In this document: in pieces, positions 49,679 through 64,000 of the stretch
How the letters are laid out: each line of letters opens with the position of its first letter
How positions within the stretch are numbered: position 1 is the first letter of the stretch
DNA from: Alphaproteobacteria bacterium
GTDB lineage: Bacteria; Pseudomonadota; Alphaproteobacteria; SP197
Reading direction: 5' to 3'
Length of the DNA: 64,000 bases
Assembly: GCA_964291415.2 (NCBI GenBank)
Contig: OZ219917.1
Location: 512,001 to 576,000 of the forward strand
Made by a program: the position numbers and the translations under genes
Notes under the pieces: model-generated
Told to the model about the DNA's origin: nothing
Database searches by the model: none
What the model saw: only the letters and a program-made list of their open reading frames with translations

Positions 49679-50823
49679 GGCGGGGCGGTCAGTTCCCGAT
49701 AGACCTCAAGGGTGGCGTTGCACATGTTGCCGAGGGCGAAATGCGACACCGCATGGGCCCTGGCGATCGCTGCATACCTGATGCGCGCCTCGGCATCGAG
49801 ATCCAGAGCCGTGTTCAATGCCCCGGCCAGGGCGCCGGCGTCGCCCGAGGGCGTCAGCCATCCGGTCACGCCCTGGCGGACGGTTTCGCTGGTGGCGCCG
49901 GTGTCGGACGCAACGACGGGAACGCCCATGGCCTGCGCCTCGACAGCGACGCGCCCGAACCCCTCCGGAAAGAGGGAGGGCTGCACGACGACATCGGCGA
50001 GACGGTAGGCTGCCGGCATGTCGTGACAGCTGTCGATGAGTGTCACCCGCCCCTCGAGGCCGGCCTCGAGAATGCGGTTCTCGATTTCCCGGCGCAGTGC
50101 GGGACGGGCACCGGCCACACCCACCATCAGGCACATGGCGTCGCGGCTCAACTGCTTGAGGGCGTCGATCATGACGTGGTGACCCTTGAGCCGTGTCAGG
50201 CGTCCGGGAAGCATGATGATGGGAACGCCATCCGGCAGATTCCAGTAGTCCGCCAGGGTGGTGATGCGGTCAATGCTCACAGCCGCCGGGTCGAACCGAG
50301 CCATGTCGATACCGCGGAAGATGCAGCGCAGCCGGTCCTCCGGGACTCCGTACTCCTCGCGCACGTGACGGGCCACGTATCCGGAGATGGCGATCACCCG
50401 GTCGCCGCGCGCCATCACGGAGTTGTAGAGCCGCTTGGCCCTGGAGTTGACCGTGTAGGGGGCATGGAATGTGGTGACGATCGGTGTTCCCGTGCGCCGC
50501 GCCGCAGCCAGTGCGGACCAGGCTGGCGCCCTGGAACGGACATGAATGACGTTGACTTGATGAATGCGGATCAGGTGGATGAGGCGCAAGGTGTTGAGAG
50601 CGATGGTCAGGGGATTCTTGGAGGCGACGGGCATTGCGACATGAACGGCCTTGGTGTGCAGCAGATCAGGCACGAGCTCGCCCCCCTGAGAGGTGACGAG
50701 GGACTGCATGCCGGCGGCGTTGAGCGCCCGCGAGATATCGATGACGGCACGTTCGGCGCCGCCGATCTTGAGTTGCGGAATGACCTGGAGAACGACAAGA
50801 GAGCCGTCGGGACGCTCAATCAT
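49675..50823 (-). CDS. Glycosyltransferase family 4
   Basis: GGAER, HVRSRAPAW, PGRLTRLKGH and PEGFGRVAVEAQAMG. Confidence 0.9.
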   Translation of the reverse strand: MIERPDGSLVVLQVIPQLKIGGAERAVIDISRALNAAGMQSLVTSQGGELVPDLLHTKAVHVAMPVASKNPLTIALNTLRLIHLIRIHQVNVIHVRSRAPAWSALAAARRTGTPIVTTFHAPYTVNSRAKRLYNSVMARGDRVIAISGYVARHVREEYGVPEDRLRCIFRGIDMARFDPAAVSIDRITTLADYWNLPDGVPIIMLPGRLTRLKGHHVMIDALKQLSRDAMCLMVGVAGARPALRREIENRILEAGLEGRVTLIDSCHDMPAAYRLADVVVQPSLFPEGFGRVAVEAQAMGVPVVASDTGATSETVRQGVTGWLTPSGDAGALAGALNTALDLDAEARIRYAAIARAHAVSHFALGNMCNATLEVYRELTAPP

Positions 50824-50870
50824 GGTATAGAGACACCTGCCGCTTGCACCAAGCAACCATGGTATAGGCC

Positions 50871-51641
50871 ATGCCGGATACAGATACGAGATGGCTCGAG
50901 CGCGACGACGGGATCGCTCTCGCCTACGCCCGCCGCACCGGCACCCGTCCGGGGGTGGTGTTTCTCGGTGGCTATGCCTCGGACATGTCGGGGACGAAGG
51001 CGACGTGGCTCGAGGAACGGTGTCGCCGCCGCGGGCGTTCCTTTCTGCGCTTCGATTACAGTGGTCACGGCCAGTCGAGTGGCCGTTTCGAGGATGGCAC
51101 CATCGGCGCCTGGACAGCGGATGCCCTGGCGGTTCTCGATTCCCTGACCGAAGGGCCCCAGATCCTGGTCGGTTCCAGCATGGGTGGCTGGATCATGCTG
51201 AACGTGGCCTTGGCGCGTCCCCGGCGCGTGGCCGCTCTCGTCGGCATTGCCGCAGCGCCCGACTTCTCGCAGGACATCTTCTGGAGCCTCTCGACCGAAG
51301 AGCAGGGGCTGCTGCAGCGGGCCGGTGCCATCACGGTCGAGGAAGGAGACGGCAGTTACACGGTGACCCGCGGCTTCATCGAGGAGGCGCGCCGTCACCT
51401 CGTGATGCGCCGCTCCATTGCCATCGATGTGCCGGTGCGGCTGATCCATGGCATGAGGGACTCCTCGGTGAGGTGGTCGCTCGCCCTCGACCTCGCCGCC
51501 AGGCTGGCGACGGACGACGTTCGCGTCCACCTGGTCAAGGATGGTGATCACCGCTTGTCGCGTGAACCGGATCTTATGCTGCTCGGCCGGACACTCGACG
51601 GGCTCGAGGACGCCGCCAGCGCCGCCAGCCCCTCGCGATAG
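50871..51641 (+). CDS. Alpha/beta hydrolase (ABHD10-like)
   Basis: SDMSGTKA, RFDYSGHGQS, GSSMGG nucleophile motif and GDHRLS. Confidence 0.9.
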   Translation: MPDTDTRWLERDDGIALAYARRTGTRPGVVFLGGYASDMSGTKATWLEERCRRRGRSFLRFDYSGHGQSSGRFEDGTIGAWTADALAVLDSLTEGPQILVGSSMGGWIMLNVALARPRRVAALVGIAAAPDFSQDIFWSLSTEEQGLLQRAGAITVEEGDGSYTVTRGFIEEARRHLVMRRSIAIDVPVRLIHGMRDSSVRWSLALDLAARLATDDVRVHLVKDGDHRLSREPDLMLLGRTLDGLEDAASAASPSR

Positions 51642-52459
51642 GAGGGATAGCGCAGCCGAACGCCGAGTTCCTCCCTGATCTTGCGGTTGGAGACGCGCTT
51701 GTTGTCGGCATAGAAGCTCGCAGCCATGGCGGAGAGATCCGCATTCTCAAGGGCCACGGGCCGGGGCGCCGTTGCCCCGAGGAGGCGGCAGGCGTACTCC
51801 GTGACACGCGCCGGTGATTCGGGTTCATCGTCGCACACGTTGTAGATGGCGCCTGGCGAAGGTCTGGCGATGGAGGCCTTCAGCGTGGCCACGATGTCGT
51901 CGACATGGATACGCGAGAAAACATGTCCCGGCTTGATGATGCGCCGCGCCTTTCCGGCACGCACCTGTTCGAGAACCCCGCGGCCCGGACCGTAGATTCC
52001 CGCCAGTCGGAAGACATGCACCGGAAGGCCATAGCGTTCATGCATGATGAGCCAGGCCTGTTCTGCAGCAACACGCCGCGCTCCGCGTTCCGTCGCCGGC
52101 GCCGCCTCGTCCGACTCGTCGACCCAGTTCCCCTGACGGTCCCCGTAGACGCCCGTGGTCGAGAGATAGGCCAGCCAACGCAGATCTTCGAGGCGGGCGA
52201 GGATGTCGGCGTGGTGGACCAGCGGCAGCGGCGCCTCACCGGGGACCGGCGGTATGGAATCGATGACATGCGAAGCCTGCGACAGAAGAGACGCGGCCGC
52301 TTCGCTGCCGAATGTCACGGCCTCGATTCCCTCACCGGCCAGCTCGGCAATCCGTTCCGGATCGCGCACGGTGCCGGCGACCTGCCAGCCTTCGGCCCGA
52401 AGTTCGAGGGCAAGGAGGCGGGCCGTGTATCCGAGGCCAAGGCAGAAGAGTCGGCTCAT
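51548..52459 (-). CDS. NAD-dependent epimerase/dehydratase (extended SDR)
   Basis: GLGYTA, YLSTTGVYGD, RLAGIYGPGR, FSRIHVDD and YPSYREGL. Confidence 0.9.
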   Translation of the reverse strand: MSRLFCLGLGYTARLLALELRAEGWQVAGTVRDPERIAELAGEGIEAVTFGSEAAASLLSQASHVIDSIPPVPGEAPLPLVHHADILARLEDLRWLAYLSTTGVYGDRQGNWVDESDEAAPATERGARRVAAEQAWLIMHERYGLPVHVFRLAGIYGPGRGVLEQVRAGKARRIIKPGHVFSRIHVDDIVATLKASIARPSPGAIYNVCDDEPESPARVTEYACRLLGATAPRPVALENADLSAMAASFYADNKRVSNRKIREELGVRLRYPSYREGLAALAASSSPSSVRPSSIRSGSRDKR

Positions 52460-53583
52460 CGGATGTCGGATCCCTCGATCCACTCGCGCCTGACCTGAGG
52501 GTCATCCTCCGCGGCGAGGTGGCGTGCCCTGGCGGCAGCGAAATGCGCCGCCGGCGCCAGGCGGGAGAGTGCCCACACCGCCATGGCTCTCACCAATGCC
52601 GAAGGATCCGCCAACCTGTTCTCGACCACGGGAAGGGCGTCACCATCTCCGCTGTTGCCCAGGGCGATCATGACATTGCGCACAAAGCGGTCGCGGCCCG
52701 TGCGCTTGACGGCGCTGGCCGTGAAGAGGACGCGGAAGGCAGCGTCATCGAGGGCGGCAAGGCTCGCCAGCCGCGGCCGTGTGAGTTCGGACCGCGGCAG
52801 GAAGTCAGCGTCCCTGGCAGCCCGGGCGAACTTGTTCCACGGGCAGACGGCAAGGCAGTCGTCACAGCCGAAGATGCGGTTCCCCATGGCGGCCCGGAAT
52901 TCCCGGTCGATGTGGCCCTTGTGCTCGATGGTGAGATAGGAAATGCAGCGTCGCGCATCGAGCCGCCAGGGTGCGGGAAAGGCATTGGTCGGACATATGT
53001 CGAGACACCTCCGGCAGGATCCGCAGTGGTCGCCTTCTGCCTCGTCCGCATCGAGTTCCGCCGTGGTGACGATGAGGCCGAGGAAGAACCACGAACCCAG
53101 CTGCCGCGACACCAGGTTGGTGTGCTTGCCCTGCCAGCCGATGCCGGCGCGGCCTGCCAGCGGCTTTTCCATGACAGGGGCGGTGTCGACGAAGACCCTG
53201 ACCTCGCAGGATGCCTCGCGGGCCAGCCATGCGGCCAGGGCCTTCAGGTGTCTCGAGACCACCCGGTGATAGTCCCGCGCCCGCGCATAGCAGGAAATCA
53301 CACCGCGGCTGCGCGCCTTGAGGTCCTCCAGGGGGCTGGTGTCCGGACCGTAGTCCCTGGCGACGGCAATGACGCTCCTGGCGCCGGGCAGCAGGGCCTG
53401 CGGGTCGGCGCGATCTGTCAGGCGCCCGGCCAGCCATGCCATGTCTCCGTGGTAGCCTGCCTCGACGAAGCGCTCCAGATCCTCGCGCCAGCGCGGATCG
53501 CCTGTCGCACGGGTGACGCCGCATGCGGCAAACCCGAGATCCTGCGCCTGCTCCTTCAGACGGCTGGAAAGCGTCACCGCCAC
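52456..53583 (-). CDS. queG: Epoxyqueuosine reductase
   Basis: YHGDMAWL, DYH, VDTAPVMEK, CGSCRRCLDICPT and FGCDDCLAVCPWN. Confidence 0.95.
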   Translation of the reverse strand: MAVTLSSRLKEQAQDLGFAACGVTRATGDPRWREDLERFVEAGYHGDMAWLAGRLTDRADPQALLPGARSVIAVARDYGPDTSPLEDLKARSRGVISCYARARDYHRVVSRHLKALAAWLAREASCEVRVFVDTAPVMEKPLAGRAGIGWQGKHTNLVSRQLGSWFFLGLIVTTAELDADEAEGDHCGSCRRCLDICPTNAFPAPWRLDARRCISYLTIEHKGHIDREFRAAMGNRIFGCDDCLAVCPWNKFARAARDADFLPRSELTRPRLASLAALDDAAFRVLFTASAVKRTGRDRFVRNVMIALGNSGDGDALPVVENRLADPSALVRAMAVWALSRLAPAAHFAAARARHLAAEDDPQVRREWIEGSDIR

Positions 53584-53694
53584 GACGGCTCGCTCCGCCG
53601 CCTCTCGGCAACGTCGCCTTCGTCTCCGGGAAACGTGCGGTGTCCGGGACGGACTCCGATCCGGTGCGGGTGCGCAGAGGTCCGGCGCACCCGC

Positions 53695-54369
53695 TCAGAA
53701 GTCAGGGTCGGCATAGTGATCGTCCGGCGGCATGCCGGCGAGGCGGTCGTGAAGGATCGGCCGGAATGACGGCCGCGACTTGATCCTGGCGTACCATTCG
53801 CGGGTTGCCCGCGAGGAGGACCAGGGCATGTCGCCGACATAGTCGATGCAGGAAATCTGCGAGGCCGCGGCAATGTCGGCGAGACTGAAGCGCTCGCCGG
53901 AGAGCCAGAAGCGCGTCGCCAGCAGCCTTTCCATGTCGTCCAGGTGCAACCGCAGTCTGCCGCGTGCCGCCGCCAGCACCGCGGAGTCGGGCTTGCCACG
54001 CCTTTGGCGCCACTTTTGGATTTTCTCCTCGATGATCATGCGGGTGACGTCCTGGTACATCCTGCCGTCGAACCAGGCGACAAGGCGGCGGGTTTCCGCA
54101 CGTTCGGCAGGATTCCTGCCAAGCAGATCCGGCTCCTCGTGGATGTCCTGGAGGTACTCGACAATCGCCTGGCTGTCGGCAAGGGCGGACCCGCTGTCAT
54201 TGATGAGGACAGGAACTTCGCCGGCCGGAATGAGGGCACGGAACTCTTCGCGCTGCAGCGAGGCGTCCTCCCGGGTCAACGAGAAGGCCACACCCAATTC
54301 GTCGAGGACGACCCTGACCTTGCGGCAGAACGGTGACATCGGATCGTGGAACAACTCGGGCAAGACCAT
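53695..54369 (-). CDS. Glutathione S-transferase family protein (FzlA-like)
   Basis: SPFCRKVR, PAGEVPVL, WYARIKSRPSFRP and C-terminal Y.D.DF; adjacent to queG. Confidence 0.85.
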   Translation of the reverse strand: MVLPELFHDPMSPFCRKVRVVLDELGVAFSLTREDASLQREEFRALIPAGEVPVLINDSGSALADSQAIVEYLQDIHEEPDLLGRNPAERAETRRLVAWFDGRMYQDVTRMIIEEKIQKWRQRRGKPDSAVLAAARGRLRLHLDDMERLLATRFWLSGERFSLADIAAASQISCIDYVGDMPWSSSRATREWYARIKSRPSFRPILHDRLAGMPPDDHYADPDF

Positions 54370-54437
54370 CCCTCGTGGTGCGGCCGGGAAGTTTATGGAC
54401 CGGCCGACGGGGTGGATTCAACCATCCTGCGGCAGGT

Positions 54438-58948
<4,511 letters not shown>

Positions 58949-58952
<4 letters not shown>

Positions 58953-60349
58953 GGCGCGTCCAGCTCCTGGTGAATGGAATCGGCCGCCTGCCTCGCATCA
59001 CGGATCGCCCACACCACCAGCGATGCACCGCGGGCGATGTCACCGGCGGCCCACACCCCGGGCACGCTGGTCCTGCCCGACGGACCGGCAGTCTTCACGG
59101 TCCCGTCGGCCTCGGTTTCGAGATCGTCGAGCGAGAACATCTCTGCGACCGGTTCGGGGTCGAACCCCAGGGCCTTGAGTACCAGCGTTGCCTCGATGCC
59201 GAACCCCTTGCCCTCGACCCGCAGTGGCCGCCGCCGCCCGTCGTTGTCGGCGTCTCCAAGGCGCATGCGCGACACCTTCACCGTGGCCACCCGGTCGTCG
59301 CCGTCAAAGGCCTCCGGGACGGACAGAAACTCGAAAATGACCCCTTCCTCGATGGCATAGCTCACTTCTCGCTGGCTGCCGGGCATGTTGTCGCGATCAC
59401 GGCGGTAGAGACAGGTCACGGCGCGCGCCCCCTGACGCACGGCCGTGCGCACACAGTCCATCGCCGTGTCGCCGCCGCCGACGACAACAACGCGGTGACC
59501 GGCGGCATCGGGAACTGCGCAATCGGCGACATCCATGCCGAGACCGCGGCGGTTGCTGGCGATGAGGTAGTCGAGGGCGGGGACGATGCCATCGAGTCCG
59601 ACTCCGGGAGCCCGGATGTCGCGTGCCTTGTAGACACCGGTGGCAAGCAGCACGGCGTCGTGCCGGGCGCGCAGATCGGCGAAGGCGATGTCGCGTCCGA
59701 TGTCGGTCCCTGGATGGAAGGTGACACCGCCTTCACGGAGCAGGTCGACGCGGCGCGAGACGACATGTTTCTCGAGCTTGAAGTCGGGGATGCCGTACAT
59801 CAGCAGACCGCCGGCCCGGTCGTGCCGGTCGTAGATCTCGACCCGGTACCCGTAGCGCCGGAGTCTGTCGGCCGCCGCGAGACCGGCCGGCCCGGCACCG
59901 ACGATGCCCACCGACTGGTCGCGTTCGCGCACCGGTACGGGAGCACGCACCCAGCCGTTGTCGAATGCCGTTTCGGTGATGTAGCGTTCGATGGTGCCGA
60001 TGGTGACCGAATCGAATCCCTTCTCGATGACGCAGTTGCCTTCGCACAGCCGGTCATGGGGGCAGATGCGGCCACAGATCTCCGGGAAAGTGTTGGTGGC
60101 CGAGGCAATCGCGTAGGCCTCCTCGAGCCGGCCTTCGGCGGTCAGCGCCAGCCAGTCGGGGATGTTGTTGTGAAGCGGGCAGTGAATCTGGCAGAACGGG
60201 ACACCGCACTGCGAGCAGCGCGAGGCCTGGGTGACAGCGCTCGCGGGAATGAACTCATCGTAGATTTCGCGAAAGTCGCGACGGCGCTCCCCGGCGAGGC
60301 GCCTGTAGGGCCGTTGTTGCGGCACGTCGACAAAGGAAAGGAGGGTCAT
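58949..60349 (-). CDS. gltD: Glutamate synthase small subunit
   Basis: RCSQCGVPFCQIHCP, GRICP..CEGNC, GAGPAG, GGGDTAMDC and AAGD..RGASLVVWA. Confidence 0.95.
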
Positions 60350-60456
60350 GGGAGCTGACGCGGGAAAATAGGTCAGACATTATGCCACAATTCTGCGACG
60401 GCGCCACCCTGATCTTTCGTGTTTGGTGAAAGGGAGCGCAAAGCTCTTCATTTCAA

Positions 60457-60471
60457 GTCAGCATAGCTGAC
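60457..60471. promoter_or_regulatory. Palindrome upstream of gltD, candidate regulator site
   Basis: GTCAGC-ATA-GCTGAC in an AT-rich divergent gltD/uppP spacer. Confidence 0.45.
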
Positions 60472-60622
60472 CTTTATTCGAGCTGTGTCTTTCCATATGC
60501 TGAACCATGACCGGTGAGACCCCCATGATCTTGGTGCCTCCGCCCGGGGTGCCCATGGTGCAGCGCCATCATCTGAAGATCACCGGCGCCGCAATGCGGG
60601 GGTCGTTTCAGATGGGTGTATC

Positions 60623-61399
60623 ATGACGTGGTTGCAGCTGGCCGTGCTGGCCCTTGTCCAGGGCATCACCGAGTTCCTTCCGGTGAGTTCGTCCGGTCAC
60701 CTGGTTCTCGCGTCGAACGTTCTGGACTGGCCGGACCAGGGGCTGGAGATCGACATCGCCGTCCACGGCGGCACCCTGCTGGCGGTCATCCTCTACTTCC
60801 GCAAGGAGATTGTCCGCCTCTTGAGGGCCAGGGAGGCCGCCGACCGCCGTCTCCTGGCGGTCATCATCGTGGCGACGGTGCCGGTGGGTGCGGCGGGCGT
60901 TTTTGTCCATGCCACGGGTACGGACATGCTGCGTGATCCGGCGCTCATTGCCTGGACGACCCTCGGGTTCGGACTCCTGCTTCTCGTGGCTGACAGGCTC
61001 GGCGGGACGGAGCGCCCGCTCGAAGGCCTCACCTGGCGTGGCGCCTTGGTAATCGGGCTCTTCCAGGTGGCCGCCCTTGTTCCCGGGACAAGCCGCGCCG
61101 GGGTCACCATCACGGCGGCCCGCTTTCTCGGCTACCGGCGGACGGACTGCGCCACCTTCTCGATGCTGCTCTCCATTCCGGTGATCGCCGCCGCCGTGCT
61201 GCTGGCGGCCGGCGACATGGCCGCATCCGCAGACACGGCTCTCACCGGTCCTTTCCTGGCGGCAGCGGCGCTCTCGTTTGGCGCCGCCCTCATTACCATC
61301 CGCCTCTTCATGGCATGGCTGGCACGGGCATCCTTCACCCCCTTCGTCATCTACCGCGTGCTTCTCGCCGCCCTGCTCCTCGCCTGGCTTCACCAGTAG
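60623..61399 (+). CDS. uppP: Undecaprenyl-diphosphate phosphatase
   Basis: QGITEFLPVSSSGH, PGTSRAGVT and F.IYR. Confidence 0.93.
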   Translation: MTWLQLAVLALVQGITEFLPVSSSGHLVLASNVLDWPDQGLEIDIAVHGGTLLAVILYFRKEIVRLLRAREAADRRLLAVIIVATVPVGAAGVFVHATGTDMLRDPALIAWTTLGFGLLLLVADRLGGTERPLEGLTWRGALVIGLFQVAALVPGTSRAGVTITAARFLGYRRTDCATFSMLLSIPVIAAAVLLAAGDMAASADTALTGPFLAAAALSFGAALITIRLFMAWLARASFTPFVIYRVLLAALLLAWLHQ

Positions 61400-61555
61400 C
61401 ACGCCGCGCCCCGGCGTTCGGGTCGCGTCATGACGTGCGCCGCCGATGAACCTGCAAACCGGCATTCCGGACAGCGGCCCGCCGAGGCCCTGGGAATGGT
61501 CCGGTGCCCCATTCCAGGGAGGTAACCCTGCCGCACGTCGTGTGCGGCGCGCCCG

Positions 61556-62533
61556 TTACCCGGGAGCGCTGCCACCTCGGCGGTAGAGGGAGAGATAGGA
61601 AGGCACCACCAGTTCGGGGGCGGTGGCCTCGATGCCGAGGTCCTTCAGGGTGGCGGCATCCGGGGCCACCACGTTGTCGGATTCGAGAAGCAGGGCCTGA
61701 TCGTATGTAAGCGGTGGCTGCGGCAGGCGCTCGAGGAGACGCCCCGTGAGCGGTGGCTGTGGCAGGCGCTCGAGGAGACGCCCCGTGAGGCGTGCGGCGG
61801 CGAATGGCAGCGGCAGCAGCACGACACGCCGGCGCGTCTCGCGCCGTATGAACTCCATGAGATGGCGGAAGGTCGAGATCACGGGTCCGCCAAGTTCGAA
61901 GGTTCGTCCGCGGGCACCGTCATCGTCGAGGGCGGCGGCAATGGCCGCCGCGACATCGTCGACATAGACCGGCTGGAACCGCGTCGCACCGCCGCCGAAG
62001 AGAGGAATGACCGGAGAGCGGGCTGCCAGGCGGCCGAACAGGTTGAAGAAGCCGTCTTCCGGTCCGAAGACGATGCTCGGCCGGAGAATGACAGCATGGG
62101 GCATCGCGGCCTTCACCGCATCCTCCCCGGAAGCCTTCGAGCGGGCATAGGAGGAGGGCGCGCGGTCCGAAGCGCCAATGGCCGAGACATGGACCATGGC
62201 GCGCACTCCCTCTGCCGCTGCCGCCCGGGCAATGTCGCCGGGGCTCTCGACATGCAGCCTGGCAAAGGTGCGCTGGCCCCTTTCGTAGAGAATGCCGACC
62301 AGGTTGACGACAGCGTCGGCTCCGGCGATGCGCTCTCTGACCTGGCGCTCGTCGGAGATGTCGGTGGCGACGGCAACGATCTGTCCGACATCGCCCGCTG
62401 TCTGCAGGAAGGCGGCTCTGCGTGGCCGGCGCACGGCAACGATGACCCGCCAGCCACCGGCGGCCAGCCGGCGGACGGCATAGCGACCGATGAAGCCGGA
62501 ACCGCCGAAGACAACAACCGTCCCAACAGCCAT
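61556..62533 (-). CDS. Complex I NDUFA9-subunit family NAD(P)-binding protein
   Basis: VFGGSGFIGRY, GDVGQI, VNLVGIL, RPSIVFGPED and FQPVYVDDVA. Confidence 0.9.
   Translation of the reverse strand: MAVGTVVVFGGSGFIGRYAVRRLAAGGWRVIVAVRRPRRAAFLQTAGDVGQIVAVATDISDERQVRERIAGADAVVNLVGILYERGQRTFARLHVESPGDIARAAAAEGVRAMVHVSAIGASDRAPSSYARSKASGEDAVKAAMPHAVILRPSIVFGPEDGFFNLFGRLAARSPVIPLFGGGATRFQPVYVDDVAAAIAAALDDDGARGRTFELGGPVISTFRHLMEFIRRETRRRVVLLPLPFAAARLTGRLLERLPQPPLTGRLLERLPQPPLTYDQALLLESDNVVAPDAATLKDLGIEATAPELVVPSYLSLYRRGGSAPG
61710..61789. repeat. 39-bp in-frame tandem duplication
   Basis: GCGGTGGCTGYGGCAGGCGCTCGAGGAGACGCCCCGTGA x2 (61711-61749 and 61750-61788), one mismatch. Confidence 0.95.
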
Positions 62534-62649
62534 GAAGACCTCCAGCAACACCGGCTGCGGATGATTGAGCCTTGAGGGCAAGGCGTCAATTGCCCAGAGG
62601 GTGTTGCCACTTGACAGGTTTCCCCTGCGCCCACTAGGAGAGGCGTCGT

Positions 62650-62736
62650 GCCCAGGTGGCGGAATTGGTAGACGCGCAGGTTTCAGGTACCTGTGGGGGA
62701 GACCCCGTGGAAGTTCGAGTCTTCTCCTGGGCACCA
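62650..62736 (+). tRNA. tRNA-Leu(CAG)
   Basis: GCCCAGGTGGCGGAATTGGTAGACGCG-CAGGT TTCAGGT ACCTG, variable arm, GTTCGAGT, CTGGGCACCA; TTGACA at 62611 upstream. Confidence 0.95.
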
Positions 62737-62863
62737 GCGCCGCCCGACCTTGTTCCTGTGGGCAGGTGCGGTTAGCCTTGCCATGCTCTGATCGCCTGTC
62801 AATCCGGCGTCTTCCCGGGTTCGCAGGCGTGGCGGGTCAGCCCTCTTCCACCTCAGCTGTCAC

Positions 62864-63475
62864 ATGGCCAACCTTCTCTATCAGGGAGATCTTCCCTCCG
62901 GCCTTGATCTCGGGGCCACGATCGCTGTCGATTCCGAGACCATGGGCCTCAAGCCCATGCGTGACCGACTGTGCCTCGTTCAGCTTTCCAGCGGCGACGG
63001 CAATGCCCATCTCGTGCAGTTCCCCCGGGGCGACCTCGCGGCTCCGCGGTTGCGCGCGCTCCTGACAGATCCCGGCACCCTGAAGATCTTTCACTTTGCC
63101 CGGTTCGATCTCGCTGCAATCCGCCACCACATGGGTATCGTCGTGTCACCGGTCTACTGCACCAAGATCGCGTCCCGCCTGGTGCGGACCTTTGCCGAGC
63201 GGCACGGCCTCAAGGATCTGTGCAAGGAACTTCTCGGAGTCGACATCTCCAAGCAGATGCAAAGCAGCGACTGGGGGGCGGGAGAACTGTCGAACCGGCA
63301 GCTCGACTACGCGGCTGCGGACGTTCTCCACCTCCATCGACTGAAGGCGGAACTCGATCGCCGGCTGGAGCGCGAGGAACGCACGGAGTTGGCCGAGGCC
63401 ATTTTCCGCTTTCTGCCGACCCGTGCCGAACTCGATCTTCTGGGCTGGAACGATCCGGATATCCTGGACCACTGA
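62864..63475 (+). CDS. rnd: Ribonuclease D (short 3'-5' DEDD exonuclease)
   Basis: AVDSETMGL, RLCLVQLS, FHFARFD, SKQMQSSDWG and YAAADV. Confidence 0.9.
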   Translation: MANLLYQGDLPSGLDLGATIAVDSETMGLKPMRDRLCLVQLSSGDGNAHLVQFPRGDLAAPRLRALLTDPGTLKIFHFARFDLAAIRHHMGIVVSPVYCTKIASRLVRTFAERHGLKDLCKELLGVDISKQMQSSDWGAGELSNRQLDYAAADVLHLHRLKAELDRRLEREERTELAEAIFRFLPTRAELDLLGWNDPDILDH

Positions 63476-63479
63476 TCCG

Positions 63480-64000
63480 ATGGCCAGCCCGCCCACAGAC
63501 GGCCTCACCCCGGATGACGCCCTGCCGCATCCCCGTCACCGCTCTCTGCTGCGCTACACGCGCATCGTCCGCCTGCTGCGCTGGCTGTTGCCGCTGTGCG
63601 CCCTCGCCCTTGCCGTCTTTCTGCTGTTGTGGCCGACCTTCAATCTCATCGAGTTGCCTGATGTGATTCCGATCCGTGGACTTGAACAGCCGACGGCCGA
63701 GCGCTCGACCATGACCAATGTCAGGTTCCTTGGAACGGACAGCGATGGCCGGCCCTTCACCATCCGCGCCCGAACGGCTTGGCATGGTTCGGACAGGGAT
63801 GACATGGTGTTTCTCGAGGGTGTGAGTGGCTCCATTACCGTCGGTGACGGCGAATGGACGTCCCTGGAGGCCGATAGCGGCTACTTTGAACAAAAAAGCC
63901 AGGTGCTCACCCTTGAATCGTCTGTTCAGGTCATCTCCAGCAGCGGGTATCGTCTTGAAAGCGAGCGCGTTCTCATCGACCTGGAGCGGGGGATGGCGCA
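63480..64000 (+). CDS. lptC: LPS export ABC transporter periplasmic protein LptC, 3'-truncated by window edge
   Basis: Read manually: YTRIVRLLRWLLP + TM helix, MTNVRFLGTDSDGRPFTIRA and SSGYRLES...IDL; open to the window end. Confidence 0.8.
   Translation, partial: MASPPTDGLTPDDALPHPRHRSLLRYTRIVRLLRWLLPLCALALAVFLLLWPTFNLIELPDVIPIRGLEQPTAERSTMTNVRFLGTDSDGRPFTIRARTAWHGSDRDDMVFLEGVSGSITVGDGEWTSLEADSGYFEQKSQVLTLESSVQVISSSGYRLESERVLIDLERGMA

Noticed and set aside
63475-63480. Absence of kdsD next to rnd-lptC
   Set aside because: Gene order here varies among Alphaproteobacteria, and the rest of the genome is not visible.

Overview
High-GC alphaproteobacterial chromosome segment (taxon inferred from gene order). 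The conserved backbone is tupBCA, tRNA-Gln, a nucleotide-sugar dehydrogenase, ispE, TPR, ETF-QO, UDG, SLT and moaB. It continues with tRNA-Ser, lepA, pheTS, rplT, rpmI, infC, thrS, GT9, GT4, queG, GST/FzlA, gltBD, uppP, an NDUFA9-like gene, tRNA-Leu, rnd and lptC. Two accessory blocks interrupt it. (1) A ~7 kb Zur-box metal-homeostasis island (11.1-18.2 kb): FecBCD-type ABC transporter, frameshifted DUF1636, Zur, COG0523 GTPase, WD40 protein and a small Cys protein. (2) A ~16 kb region between moaB and tRNA-Ser: a tandemly duplicated PhyH-dioxygenase/polyamine-SBP unit, a decayed third SBP, an Lrp-linked EutQ-cupin/SDR/Dpp-type ABC operon, and a TnpB element. The standout is the 1329-bp element at 28307-29635. 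It holds a lone, catalytically intact tnpB with no tnpA, bounded by 25-bp imperfect terminal inverted repeats and an exact 8-bp target-site duplication (CTTCCTTT). These are DDE-transposon (IS1595/IS256-like) hallmarks, not the HUH IS200/IS605 or IS607 architecture usual for TnpB. All calls come from reading motifs by eye; no database searches were run.
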